A model generated the notes under the pieces. The model was not told the DNA's origin. It was given only the letters and a program-made list of their open reading frames with translations, and did no database searches. The translations under genes and the position numbers were made by a program. Below are positions 9,316 through 19,785 of a stretch of 64,000 bases of DNA, one piece after another; the first letter of the stretch is position 1; the number at the start of each line of letters is the position of its first letter. The stretch comes from Candidatus Heimdallarchaeota archaeon. GTDB taxonomy: Archaea > Asgardarchaeota > Heimdallarchaeia > Hodarchaeales > Hodarchaeaceae. Location: positions 2,822,539-2,886,538 of the forward strand of contig CP070695.1 of assembly GCA_020353515.1 (NCBI GenBank). Direction: 5' to 3'.

Positions 9316-11427
9316 TCACTGCTTTAGTCCAACTGAGTCCAGAATAAAAGCATAGTAAAACGCTGCTTCTTTCATGGCGTCGTAACGCCCCGATTTTCCA
9401 GAGTGTCCTTCCCCCATATTGGTTTTTAAGAGTAATAAATTTGAATCTGCTTTTAATGCTCGTAATTTTGCCGTCCATTTAGCTGGCTCCCAATACTGGA
9501 CACGTGGATCATTCAAACCAGCTGTTAATAGCATTCTTGGATATTTTTGCTTGCTAACATTGTCATACGGAGAGTATGATTTCATATAATCATAACATTC
9601 CTTATCATTAGGATTTCCCCATTCGTCGTATTCAGTTACTGTCAAAGGGATTGAGGGGTCAAACATTGTATTGATAACGTCAACGAATGGCACTCTAGCC
9701 ACAACTGCTTTGAATAGATCCGGCCTCATGTTAGTGACTGCTCCCACCAACAAACCTCCCGCGCTCACTCCCAATATGCATAACCTATCGGGTGAGGTAT
9801 ATCCCTCATTAATTAAATGGTTAGCACAGGTGATGAAATCTGTGAATGAATTTTTTTTATGCAAAAGCCTCCCGTCTTCATACCACTTTCGACCAAGTTC
9901 GCTTCCACCGCGAATATGTGCTATTGCAAAGATGAACCCTCTATCCAATAAACTTATTCTATATGATAAAAATTCTGGATCAATACTGTAACCGTATGAA
10001 CCATAACCGTAAAGTAGAAGAGGATTTCTTCCGTCTAAATGAATATTTTTCTTATGAACTAACGAAATTTGGACCAATTGGCCATCCATTGCTTGAGCTG
10101 TAATTCGTTCAGTGTGATAATTTGCCTGATCATAACCTCCCAATATCTCATCTTGTTTTACTAAATTTCTTTTTCTTGTGTCCATATTAAAGTCGAAAAC
10201 AGAATTAGGAGTCACCAGTGAGGTATAAGTAAAGCGTAGTAAATTGGATTTGAATTCTGGATGAACAAGAGTATCTAGGGGTTTTTCACAAGTATAAACG
10301 AGGTCAGGAAAATCCACACAATAATCTTCATTCCTTTTTTGATTGATTATTCTAATCCTGGGCAAACCATTCTCCCTTTCATGAAACACATGAAAGTTCT
10401 CAAAGACCTCAAAATCCCTCAAAAAAACTGATTCACGGTGAGATATGAGTTCTGTCCAATTCTCTTTTTTCGGATTTGTTACGGAGGTCTTCATAATTCT
10501 AAAGTTTTTAGCTGCATCATTAGTCCTGATGATAAAATTCTCTTTTTGGTGTTCAATATAGTACTCCATTCCTGGTTGTCGAGGGTGAATTATTGTGAAG
10601 TCTCCATCAGGTTCCTTAACAGGTAAGAAATGTACTTCCGTTGTGACATTACTTTGGAGAGTCATAAGGAAGTATTCTTGATCTCTTGATTTCGTTAAAT
10701 ATAGAAAATAAGCTTTATCTTTTTCATGATAAATTAATCGATCTTCTTTAGGATCAGATCCAATTTCATGACGGAATAATTTATAAGGCCTTTTAGTTTC
10801 GTCTAAGGTCGCATAAAGAAAGGATTTATTATCATTGGTCCATTCTAAACTGGATAAGCCTATCCCAAAGGAGTACCCGTAGGCAGTATTTGTGATTCTG
10901 TCATCTAGGATTTTATTGTTTTTCAAATCTTTAATAAAGACTGTAAATTCTTCAGATCCGTTCACATCAACAGAATAAGCCAGAAATTCGTGATTTGGAC
11001 TCACTTTGAATGATCCAATCTTGAAATAATCATGATCAGTAGCTAGTTCATTCTCATCCAGAAGTAACTCTTCTACAAGATCTTCATCAATATTCTTTCG
11101 AAAATATTTCTTATATTGTTTTCCTTTCTCCATACGGAAATAATACTGATATTCCCTTGCTTTTACTGGAGCTGAAACATCGTCTTCTTTAATACGACTT
11201 TTTAATTCTTCAAAAAGACGATCTTGTAGCTTCTCAGTGTGCTCCATCATCGTTTTGGTGTATTTATTTTCAGCTTTAAGATAGTCAATTACTTCTAGAT
11301 TGTCTTTTTCTCTTAACCAGTAATAGTTATCGATTAGCTCTTCTCCATGGTAAATAAATCTTTTAGGTATTTTTTTGGCGATTGGAGGTTTTAAATCAAT
11401 ATTTGAAGTCATGGTTAGGACATCCAT
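9316..11427 (-). CDS. ptrB: Oligopeptidase B (peptidase S9A)
   Basis: DNYYWLR, GVSAGG nucleophile, EYDEWGNP, DPRV, GH. Confidence 0.93.
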   Translation of the reverse strand: MDVLTMTSNIDLKPPIAKKIPKRFIYHGEELIDNYYWLREKDNLEVIDYLKAENKYTKTMMEHTEKLQDRLFEELKSRIKEDDVSAPVKAREYQYYFRMEKGKQYKKYFRKNIDEDLVEELLLDENELATDHDYFKIGSFKVSPNHEFLAYSVDVNGSEEFTVFIKDLKNNKILDDRITNTAYGYSFGIGLSSLEWTNDNKSFLYATLDETKRPYKLFRHEIGSDPKEDRLIYHEKDKAYFLYLTKSRDQEYFLMTLQSNVTTEVHFLPVKEPDGDFTIIHPRQPGMEYYIEHQKENFIIRTNDAAKNFRIMKTSVTNPKKENWTELISHRESVFLRDFEVFENFHVFHERENGLPRIRIINQKRNEDYCVDFPDLVYTCEKPLDTLVHPEFKSNLLRFTYTSLVTPNSVFDFNMDTRKRNLVKQDEILGGYDQANYHTERITAQAMDGQLVQISLVHKKNIHLDGRNPLLLYGYGSYGYSIDPEFLSYRISLLDRGFIFAIAHIRGGSELGRKWYEDGRLLHKKNSFTDFITCANHLINEGYTSPDRLCILGVSAGGLLVGAVTNMRPDLFKAVVARVPFVDVINTMFDPSIPLTVTEYDEWGNPNDKECYDYMKSYSPYDNVSKQKYPRMLLTAGLNDPRVQYWEPAKWTAKLRALKADSNLLLLKTNMGEGHSGKSGRYDAMKEAAFYYAFILDSVGLKQ

Positions 11428-11687
11428 TAGCGACTCAGAAGAAAATTACCTTTTTATGGACCATTTCAATAATTTTGAGATAGGTTATGAAAGAGTTTTG
11501 GATGAATCACAGTAATTACCTAAAAAAAAAATTCACAATTCAATAGATCTATTGAAGGCTTTATAAAGGATTTTTAAGGATAAAAATATTTATAAAAGAA
11601 ATCATATTGAACACCAATAGATCCATTTGAAAAGCCTAATTTCTAGTCTGAACAATTCGAAATGACAATTTAGGGGTAGTTCTCATC

Positions 11688-13220
11688 ATGATTAATGATG
11701 TACCTCAAGGACGTGACAGTTTGAAACGGATTATTCAGACCGTAATCGACTACCTCCCAGAAATCATAAAAAATTACCCTCCGAAGGATCAACTTCTTCT
11801 TAATGATTTTCTATCTGTTCTTCAACATTATTCAGAAGCAGATAATCAGCGAGAAAGACTTTCAAAGCGTTTTGAATTGTATCGAAGTAAAAATTATTTA
11901 ACTGATCTATATTTTCAACTCCCCTTTCTGTGGTTTGCTCACGATTATTTTGCAAATGCAAATCTCATCCTTAATCTCGCTGAATTCCATGGAACACGAT
12001 TTTATGAATATTTAGCTCGTTCTTTACGTCGTAATCCTGATGTACAAGGAGTTTTCCCACTCCTACGTCAGATGACTCCTCTTTCAGACCCCAAATGGGA
12101 ACAGCTTCAGATAATCCAAGCTCGGATTAAAATTCAATTAACTGATGAGCAATTACAGATAATAAAAGAGAGTTATACTGCTCTTCGCGAACTTGGAATC
12201 CAAGGTTTAAATAGTCGGGTTTTGTACAATTTTGTTAAAAAAAGCGATATTTCACTAAATACTAAATCTCTTTCCAAATTTTTCACATTACTTGATTCTC
12301 AATGGAACATTTGGTTTTATCCACCCGCATTTGGCTTAAAACAACTATATTTTAACTTTAAATTGACTAAAACCTCTTTAAATGAAATTTTCGATTTTAA
12401 AGACAGTTTTAATACTACATTGTGTAATAGTCGGGTGTATCGCAGTAGAAATTTTCCAAACCAATTTTCTGGGTATTTAGAAATTCCACATGAAGGATTA
12501 AATGATTTAGTGGATTACATTCAGAATTATGCTGATCAAGGGAACCTGAAAATTTTCGAATTATCCGAAGTAACTGACCTTCGAGTAAGTGCCTCGTTTA
12601 ATCTTTATCATTCAGGGGTAGGATGGACTGAAATCCTTCCAGGAGGAATAAAAAGATCAATTCTACCATTAAAAAGCAATCACCCACGAAAACTTCTAAA
12701 CGAAAAGCCTTTTTTCCTTTCTCCTGCCTTTAATCATGAATGGAACTTCTTACAGTCTCCTGATCCCAGACGATCCATACGTATTTTTTGTCAATATAAA
12801 CCCCAAATCTACAATTTTAATGCCCTGCAATTCGGTTCTGCCTCAAATCAAAGAGTATTCATGGAGGATTTTGGTTTGATAAAATATTTTCATCGAAAAA
12901 TGGTTTGTACAAATTTGATCTTTATGGCCAACTTGATCTATAATTTCTCACCTGACTTCTATGAAATAGTTATGCCTATCATCCCAATTGAACGTCTAAA
13001 TTTAATATTAGCATGGCTCCCATACTCACGTATTCTCTTTACAACGAAAAAAATCCATTTATGGACCTTTTTGCCAACACAAATATTAGAGTGGATGAAA
13101 AAAGAATTTTCTTCCTGGGAGTTTCGCCTATGTATATCACATCATTATTCTCCAGAACCAGATCCGTCATGGTTCGATTTTGACTCGTTAAAATGGTTAC
13201 TCCCCCGAATTTTATCATAA
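11688..13220 (+). CDS. Uncharacterised ~510-aa family protein, copy 2
   Basis: Paralog of 3279-4820 and 44021-45562 (PFLWF, AEFH, WEQLQ, FYPPAFGL, WLLPRIL). Confidence 0.85.
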   Translation: MINDVPQGRDSLKRIIQTVIDYLPEIIKNYPPKDQLLLNDFLSVLQHYSEADNQRERLSKRFELYRSKNYLTDLYFQLPFLWFAHDYFANANLILNLAEFHGTRFYEYLARSLRRNPDVQGVFPLLRQMTPLSDPKWEQLQIIQARIKIQLTDEQLQIIKESYTALRELGIQGLNSRVLYNFVKKSDISLNTKSLSKFFTLLDSQWNIWFYPPAFGLKQLYFNFKLTKTSLNEIFDFKDSFNTTLCNSRVYRSRNFPNQFSGYLEIPHEGLNDLVDYIQNYADQGNLKIFELSEVTDLRVSASFNLYHSGVGWTEILPGGIKRSILPLKSNHPRKLLNEKPFFLSPAFNHEWNFLQSPDPRRSIRIFCQYKPQIYNFNALQFGSASNQRVFMEDFGLIKYFHRKMVCTNLIFMANLIYNFSPDFYEIVMPIIPIERLNLILAWLPYSRILFTTKKIHLWTFLPTQILEWMKKEFSSWEFRLCISHHYSPEPDPSWFDFDSLKWLLPRILS

Positions 13221-13237
13221 AACCATCTTTCAAATTC

Positions 13238-13256
13238 AAAAAAAGAAAGGAAAGAG
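13238..13256 (-). terminator. T-rich tract downstream of peptide ORF 2
   Basis: Minus strand CTCTTTCCTTTCTTTTTTT. Confidence 0.45.
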
Positions 13257-13305
13257 TAATCCTGATTTTATAATCAAGATTATTGATCTTCATTCAATTC
13301 AACAT

Positions 13306-13335
13306 TTAAGGTTGTAATGGCTCATTTGGGGGCAT
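13306..13335 (-). CDS. Tiny proline-rich peptide 2, MPPNEPLQP (9 aa)
   Basis: Minus strand GGGTGAGGT-catagaag-ATG CCC CCA AAT GAG CCA TTA CAA CCT TAA. Confidence 0.7.
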   Translation of the reverse strand: MPPNEPLQP

Positions 13336-13567
13336 CTTCTATGACCTCACCCTTCTAAGCAACCGATCAACTTTTAATCACATGAAAAAAAACTAGAGAA
13401 AGTCTTTGATATTCATCTCACCCCAATCGGTTATAATATCACCCAGCTTTCTAAAGAGATAATTGAAAATGACGAATCTGGTTATTACATTCTAGATTTA
13501 ACTGCATATAGTACTTCTAATATAAAAAAACCCCAAAATGCATTCATACTATTGGGGAATTTGTAGT

Positions 13568-13960
13568 TCATTCTGGAAGTAGAGGGAGTAGAAGGGAAAG
13601 GTAAATACCTTGAGCCACTAAAGAAATGATTAAAGCGAAAAAGAAGCTTAATAGAGTCCCAATAAGATAATATTCCGCAAATTGGCGTTCTTCTAATTGT
13701 TTAAATCGAGCCATGGATTTCGCGACGAAAACAAAGGAAATAGCACCAAATTCTCCCAGTAAACCCAGTGTCAGGATAATTCCTCTTTCTAACATACCAA
13801 TTATTTTTCCTGCACCAGGTAAACCTTTTTCGGATGAAGTTTCAAGGGAAATCCTAAGAGATTTCAAGAATAACTCTACAAAAAGTCCGCCAACAACAAT
13901 AGCAATGAAATACACACAAATATAATAACCACAGAGAAGTAGTAACGGTACCCAGCTCAT
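13568..13960 (-). CDS. SatD-associated membrane protein (DUF3307-like)
   Basis: GKIIGMLER, AKSMARF, EYYLIGTLLS motifs; coupled to the SatD gene. Confidence 0.75.
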   Translation of the reverse strand: MSWVPLLLLCGYYICVYFIAIVVGGLFVELFLKSLRISLETSSEKGLPGAGKIIGMLERGIILTLGLLGEFGAISFVFVAKSMARFKQLEERQFAEYYLIGTLLSFFFALIISLVAQGIYLSLLLPLLPE

Positions 13961-14583
13961 TAGAGATCATCCTTAAAATATACGAAAAAAGTATTTGTTA
14001 AGTCATTCAGCGTTTCAATGGCTAAGAAAACAGCTTTCGACTGTGTGTATTTAAGAATTTTGGAGACTGCTTGCTTACTTATCCCTTTCTTAATTCCAAT
14101 TTCTTTCAAGGTCATTCCTTCCTGTCTAAGATAAATAATCTCTCGTTGGTGAGCATTCCATCTAGTTTTAGTTGCATATAACAACGTTAAGAGAGTGTTC
14201 ACCATCCTATCGAAATGTGTATTCCCAGATTGAATCCAAGCAGAGTAATGCCCTTTCTTTGCGATGTTGAGCGCTTCTTGGGAGCGATGAAATGCTAAGC
14301 CATCCATTTCCAAGGTATTTGGAGAGAATTCGGTAGAAATTTCCCCAATTCCCACTCCACATCGAAAATCAATGGAAATCAGCTGCTCAAACGTGTCTAA
14401 AATGTTGTAGAATCCATCAAGGGATTTCAATGCCCCCTGAAAGGAATCACCCCATACTGTAGTAAAAGGGCATAAAAGTTCATTTGGGTATTTCTCATTG
14501 ACGACATTCACCGCATTCTTTAATTCTTGTTGAACTTTAAATCTTTCTTGAACTTTTTTAGAATGAATAAGATCACAGGTCAT
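13960..14583 (-). CDS. satD: SatD family protein with C-terminal HTH
   Basis: GDSFQG, RCGVGIGEI, MDGLAFHRS, C-terminal EIG..GISKQAVSK. Confidence 0.85.
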   Translation of the reverse strand: MTCDLIHSKKVQERFKVQQELKNAVNVVNEKYPNELLCPFTTVWGDSFQGALKSLDGFYNILDTFEQLISIDFRCGVGIGEISTEFSPNTLEMDGLAFHRSQEALNIAKKGHYSAWIQSGNTHFDRMVNTLLTLLYATKTRWNAHQREIIYLRQEGMTLKEIGIKKGISKQAVSKILKYTQSKAVFLAIETLNDLTNTFFVYFKDDL

Positions 14584-14666
14584 GATAAAATACGTAGAAA
14601 ATCACATCCAGAGGCTTTAAATCGTGATAGTGTTCTGATAATTCTCACCTAGCAAATCGATTGTTA

Positions 14667-14775
14667 TGTCAACCTTATAATATTACCTTTATAAATATCA
14701 GCCTTATTATATTGACACAATATATGTCAATATTATTTTATTTACTAAAATGATGTCAATCACAATATATTGATA
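14667..14775. promoter_or_regulatory. Four imperfect palindromic boxes (TGTCAA-N10-TTGACA) at 29-bp period
   Basis: Boxes start at 14667, 14696, 14725 and 14754, upstream of satD. Confidence 0.7.
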
Positions 14776-15182
14776 TTTTATTCAACTTAGAAAAAAAAAC
14801 CTTTATAATCAGCTTCCTGGCAATGGATCACTGATTTTAGCAATAACTAACTGATATAGGCAAGGCTAAATTAAAACAACAGTAATTTTATCTATTTTAT
14901 TCGGTTTCTTATAGAAAAATATTCTAAAACTGATATAGACATGATTATATAAATTTAATCTTCATGTTAAACATTAAAAATGTATTGCTATTGTGATTAA
15001 ATCATATAGACATGTCTATCAGAAAACAAAGGTAATAATCTTTGTTGTTATTTTGAAAATTATATGGTAAGAATTTCGCTAAGTTATCTAATAAGATAAC
15101 AGAGGTATTTCTTCCAGAAAAAATGGTAACAGATCCTTAAGGTTAATTACGTAGGAAGAAATTCAAAAAGGTGACAAAGAAT

Positions 15183-15773
15183 CTACCTTTTAGAGAATTC
15201 AAAAAGCTTCAGGCGATCTAAAAAGTAAAAGGTTTGATACACTGGTTGTAGTTGCCTCCCAATGAAGATTTCATTCCAAGAACCGATTTTAATTAAAGAA
15301 AGTCTATAACTGGAGATGCGCTCAAGGTATTCCTCGAACTTCTGGGAAGTGCAGGAAATAACTAATATTGGTAAAACGGTAAAATTTCGACTTAAAAAAT
15401 CGAAAATTCGCTCATAATTACCCTCCCCTGCGTATTTTATTAGCACAACTTCTGGCTGAAAATTAGACACCTCCTCCTTTGAAAACTCTATAGATTGATC
15501 AATAATTCTAAGTCGGTCAGAAGCAAGAGCGTCCTCAAAATAAGGGATTTGATATTTGGGGATTTCTGTTTGATAATCGTTCCAAGATTCGTCGAAAAGC
15601 AACCAATTACCCCCCAATAAATAGGGAGTAAGGACATCTAATCCACAAAATGGATAGATAGCGTTAAAACGTTCACCATAACGCTTCTTTAAGATAATAG
15701 AACATAAGAAACACAACTTTTCTGAATAAAATACTAAATCGGCTCTGGTTTTGATTTTATCACCTAGTTCCAC
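15183..15773 (-). CDS. Hypothetical protein (possible Rossmann/methyltransferase-like)
   Basis: 196-aa ORF; IYPFCGLD motif. Confidence 0.55.
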   Translation of the reverse strand: MELGDKIKTRADLVFYSEKLCFLCSIILKKRYGERFNAIYPFCGLDVLTPYLLGGNWLLFDESWNDYQTEIPKYQIPYFEDALASDRLRIIDQSIEFSKEEVSNFQPEVVLIKYAGEGNYERIFDFLSRNFTVLPILVISCTSQKFEEYLERISSYRLSLIKIGSWNEIFIGRQLQPVYQTFYFLDRLKLFEFSKR

Positions 15774-15977
15774 AATATTAGCAACGATCGTGTCTAATTT
15801 ATTAATTCAAATCCTGGTCACCTTCGACTCCTATAACCTATGAATGATAGACCATGTCAATATTCATTACTCAATTTTGTTAAGTTCCTTTTTTATAATC
15901 GATAAGCATTCTTTGCAAATCGATTTTTTCATAACTCTTAATCCCCGCAATATATAGTCAGGGAATTCGATAAGAGT

Positions 15978-16754
15978 ATGTCTTTTGCCACAAAAGATGC
16001 ATTCACCCATATTCATCAAAAATGGTTAAAGAAGAAAAGCTCAAATAAGTATTGTTTTTATTACTTCTTCACTGTAAATAGTCAAAATAGTAAATACTTG
16101 CAGAAATTCTGTTTTTATAAGAATATCTTAACCTTTAAAATCATAGGTGGTCATGTTTTGAAATTTTATCCTGAAAATGAAATTGTTCCAGAGAAACGTC
16201 AATCGGAAGCATTCCTCATTCGACCTCTCCAGGTATCCGATGTTGAATTGGACTTTCAGGCTGTTATTTCTAGTCGTGAAAAACTATTGAAACGTACAGC
16301 AGGTAGATGGCCTAAACCAGGCTTTACAATAAAAGAAAACCTTGCTGATCTAGAGTACCATGAACAACAGCATAAAAAACGCATTGAATTCACGTTTACA
16401 ATTATGAACGTGATGGAAACAGAATGTCTGGGATGTATTTATATTCATCCATTAGTAAAGGTGCTCAAAAGCTCCATTAGTGAGAATGACATTACTAGCT
16501 TAGATATTTCGGATTATGAAGCCTGGATAACCTTTTGGGTAACCCCTATCGCAGCTGAACAGCAATTGGACAAAAAAGTAATTGAAGAGTTACAGAATTG
16601 GTTTTCGAAAGAGTGGGCGTTTTCCAAAGTAACCTTGTCCTTTGGGCCTAGACCGAGTACACATGAATTAGAGCTGGTTGAAAAAGCAGGATTAAAGGAG
16701 CGGTACTCCTTTCAAACAGATGAAGGATCACTAATAGCCTGGGAGCTTCACTAG
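15978..16754 (+). CDS. GNAT-fold protein (true start probably TTG near 16158)
   Basis: IRPLQVSDVELDFQAV, NLADLEYH, CLGCIYIHP; GGTGG SD before an internal TTG. Confidence 0.75.
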   Translation: MSFATKDAFTHIHQKWLKKKSSNKYCFYYFFTVNSQNSKYLQKFCFYKNILTFKIIGGHVLKFYPENEIVPEKRQSEAFLIRPLQVSDVELDFQAVISSREKLLKRTAGRWPKPGFTIKENLADLEYHEQQHKKRIEFTFTIMNVMETECLGCIYIHPLVKVLKSSISENDITSLDISDYEAWITFWVTPIAAEQQLDKKVIEELQNWFSKEWAFSKVTLSFGPRPSTHELELVEKAGLKERYSFQTDEGSLIAWELH

Positions 16755-16771
16755 GAGGATGAGAAATAGAG

Positions 16772-17239
16772 ATGACACGAAGAAGAACCTTTTTTGCTAC
16801 TCTGGGATTTTCTGAAAGTTTAGTATTGGCAACAATACCCGTTTTTGGGTCAGAAAATCATAATAGACTAATTATTATAACTTCAAAAGATTCCTCCAAA
16901 CAGACAACAAAAACCATTAAAGCCATAGACCGATTGGTAGAGTCTTTTCGATTCACAGGAAAAACAATTGATTTTAAACAGAAATTTGTAGAGGAAACAG
17001 AATTTCAAAAGAACCTTTCCTCACTTTGCAACATGATAAGGACTGAAGCGACAAATAATTGAGAAATTTATATCAATCTGAGTGGAGGAATGCGAATCCT
17101 CGTGATTACCTTATTCATGGCAGCTCTGCTCTCTTATGAAGACATAACAGCCATCATGATTAGTCCTGAGAATCAAAAAGAACTACAAACCCTTGAACTA
17201 CCGAAAATTATAGCTATTCAATTCGAAGAGAAAAAATGA
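16772..17239 (+). pseudogene. Csa3-like CARF domain gene interrupted by in-frame TGA (17060-17062)
   Basis: N-terminal ATLGF motif; read-through gives EIYINLSGGMRIL, the CARF signature. Confidence 0.8.
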
Positions 17240-17339
17240 ATAATCCTATTGATAAGGATGACTATCCACATTAGAACTCGAGGACCTGGGAAATTGCCTC
17301 AATATATTTTTTTTTAATCTGTTCGAAGAGGTTTCTCTC

Positions 17340-17771
17340 ATGGACTATTCACAAAAAGCTGAATCATACTTTTCTACCAAATTAAACTGTGCTCAATCAG
17401 TACTGGCGCCTTTTGGTCCAGACCTTGGGATTGATGAAAAAACCTGTTTTAGAATTGCAGAAGCTTTTGGAGGTGGAATTGCTCATTCTGGCCAAATGTG
17501 CGGTGCCATCATTGGAGCTTTGATGGTTCTTGGACTCAAACACGGAAGAACTGAGACTGATGACTTGGAAAAACGAGATAAGACTAATAAATTAGCGAAA
17601 ATACTAATTCATAAGTTCACATTGTTACATAAGTCCTCAAACTGTATCGAGCTCATTGATTATGATATTAGCACTCCTGCGAAACTCGAGAAGGCAAGAG
17701 AAGAAAAAGTCTTTCAAAATTGTGGTAATCTTGTGAAAGATGCAGTGAACATACTCAAAGACATTATATGA
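17340..17771 (+). CDS. C_GCAxxG_C_C family putative redox protein
   Basis: NCAQSV, FGGG, MCGAIIG, NC, C pattern. Confidence 0.92.
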   Translation: MDYSQKAESYFSTKLNCAQSVLAPFGPDLGIDEKTCFRIAEAFGGGIAHSGQMCGAIIGALMVLGLKHGRTETDDLEKRDKTNKLAKILIHKFTLLHKSSNCIELIDYDISTPAKLEKAREEKVFQNCGNLVKDAVNILKDII

Positions 17772-17948
17772 GGAAATTCGAAGGGCATATGAAAGATTTT
17801 CTCACTTCTACGTAATGTTTGAGAGTAACAGAAATGATGTTATCTCTCTTCTATCAAATTGAATATCTCTTAGGGAGGATGGATTAATCCCTTCCTATAC
17901 CCTTCGAAAAGGGGAAGTCTAATTAAAAACTCGTAATAATGGCATTAA

Positions 17949-18140
17949 ACCTTCTATATTCCTCTATACTTCAAACGTACGGGGATGCTACTCCGTGAGC
18001 TTGCTAATGAGGGGTTGATCAAATTGGAGGAACGTACAAGTAAAAAAACAGGTAGACGATATTATCTCTGGTTCTGGGGAATTTCTACACCTGTACGATC
18101 GGAAAACGACCAAAAATTGGACGGGAAGAAAAACCAATGA
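17949..18140 (+). pseudogene. Winged-helix fragment
   Basis: Reads KRTGMLLRELANEGLIKLEERTSKKTGRRYYLWFW; stop overlaps the next ATG (ATGA); 5' part disrupted. Confidence 0.45.
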
Positions 18141-18501
18141 CCCCTAGTATTTTTGTGGTACAAGAACATCATTCTGAGGGTAGAGCAGGGTTACATTGGG
18201 ATTTTCGCCTACAGATAGAAGACACATTACGAAGTTGGGTATTAAGAAAACCTCCTCCAACAACCGTGGGTGTGAAACACCTGGCAATCCCTGTTGATAA
18301 CACCCCCTTTCGTGGGCTGACTTTCAGGGGCAAATCGTACAAGGTTATGGCCGTGGATTCGTCACGATCTGGGATAAAGGCCCTATGTCGTGGGTGTTCA
18401 TGACTGAAGAGTTGGTTTTCATCTTGTATGGAAAAAAAATGTTTGACAAATACATTTTGATCCCCTTTAAGGAGAACTTCCTCCTATATAAATCGAATTG
18501 A
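18137..18501 (+). pseudogene. LigD 3'-phosphoesterase domain protein, frameshifted near 18300
   Basis: FVVQEH, LHWDFRL, LRSW, LAIPVD, then in another frame HPLSWADFQGQI..GYGRGFVTIWDKG. Confidence 0.88.
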
Positions 18502-18774
18502 AGAAAAATCTGATTGTAATTTGGATTAGAAGTGTGCAAATTCATGTCAAACATTCGATTCAGCCAAGAAGAGCTACTTTATATTTCTCTATTGAAATCT
18601 TCTTCGTATTTTGGCCCTAGTATTGAGATTACAGGGCGAGTCAAAAGTCCAAATCGGAGAAAAAACACAAAGTCAATCTTTCTACCCCAAAGCAGGGATG
18701 CGATAAAGAGTGGTTGAAGAGCTCCGAAAATATTGTGCTGCTAATATAATCCCCCCTCCCACAATCATGAGAAG

Positions 18775-19227
18775 ATGGGTTACACTTTTCGCGCTAACTT
18801 TCCGATCCCTTACATTGACCAACTTGATGATTCAATACCTCATACCCCGTACACTGTAGCTGATTTAGTCAAAGCAATCCAGCATAATCACCCCTTAAGT
18901 AGACCAGTCAGTATTTTCCTCTCGCGTGTAAAGGTGTGTACCTTCTATGGGTTTGGAGGACAGACATTAGGCACTATTGAGTTAGAGAACAGGCTATTTA
19001 AACTGAATATCAGGTTTGATCATCATCAAACAGCCAGTTTGCTTTTAGAAATGGCCCGAGAGCATTTGATCAACATGGACGAGCAATATACACACCATCA
19101 CCGCTTAGTTCGTCTGTGGACATTTCCTAGTATTAGTCGTGAGATCCTCGAGTCTAAGAGCCGCCGTAAAGAACTTAATCAATATAAAATGCACTCACAG
19201 GATAGGTTCCAAAATTTGGTACTGTGA
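18775..19227 (+). CDS. Hypothetical protein
   Basis: 150-aa ORF, no recognised motif. Confidence 0.5.
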   Translation: MGYTFRANFPIPYIDQLDDSIPHTPYTVADLVKAIQHNHPLSRPVSIFLSRVKVCTFYGFGGQTLGTIELENRLFKLNIRFDHHQTASLLLEMAREHLINMDEQYTHHHRLVRLWTFPSISREILESKSRRKELNQYKMHSQDRFQNLVL

Positions 19228-19290
19228 CCCTTACATAGCTAAATACTCTAGTTCAGTTGAGTAAGTCTGATTTCAATTCCATGGAAGTTT

Positions 19291-19785
19291 TTATTCAGGC
19301 ACAATCCTGAAATGTGTCCCTTTTTTGATCCCTAATTTCTCTATCAGGGATTTATTCTCAGGTTTTAATTTAAATTCTCCAGTATCTTTCCGAAGATGTC
19401 CAATATAGGTTTTCTTGGATCCATTACCATTGTTTCCCCACCATAGATGGATAAAGTTGGCAAATTGTGTTTCCTTGGAACGTACAATTTCGAGATTTGT
19501 TTGTTTGCCCTCCTCAGTTAAGATCAGATCGTACTCTGTAACGAGGGGTTTTTTTCCACTATTAGTATTCACGGATTGCCTATCTATGCCTCGTAATCGT
19601 GCCTCCTCCTCATCCAGATATTCATTGGCTAAACGAGTGGCTTCTTGGATTGCTTCTCTAGCAAAAGAGGTGTCTTGGATATCCAACTCATATTCGATCC
19701 AAATTTCCTCTGGTTCAAATTGGCGTACTTGGATCTTTCGACTCCGTGCTATCCTCTTGGGTAGAACCCGATACTTCTCTTTCAT
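19291..19785 (-). CDS. Hypothetical protein
   Basis: 164-aa ORF with GGAGAG SD; RKIQVRQFEP motif. Confidence 0.7.
   Translation of the reverse strand: MKEKYRVLPKRIARSRKIQVRQFEPEEIWIEYELDIQDTSFAREAIQEATRLANEYLDEEEARLRGIDRQSVNTNSGKKPLVTEYDLILTEEGKQTNLEIVRSKETQFANFIHLWWGNNGNGSKKTYIGHLRKDTGEFKLKPENKSLIEKLGIKKGTHFRIVPE

Noticed and set aside
13039-13293. 84-aa minus ORF downstream of peptide 2
   Set aside because: Mostly antisense to paralog 2, crosses the T-tract, no counterpart at the other loci
14667-14775. Possible mini-CRISPR array
   Set aside because: Units are degenerate and the 29-bp period leaves no room for spacers
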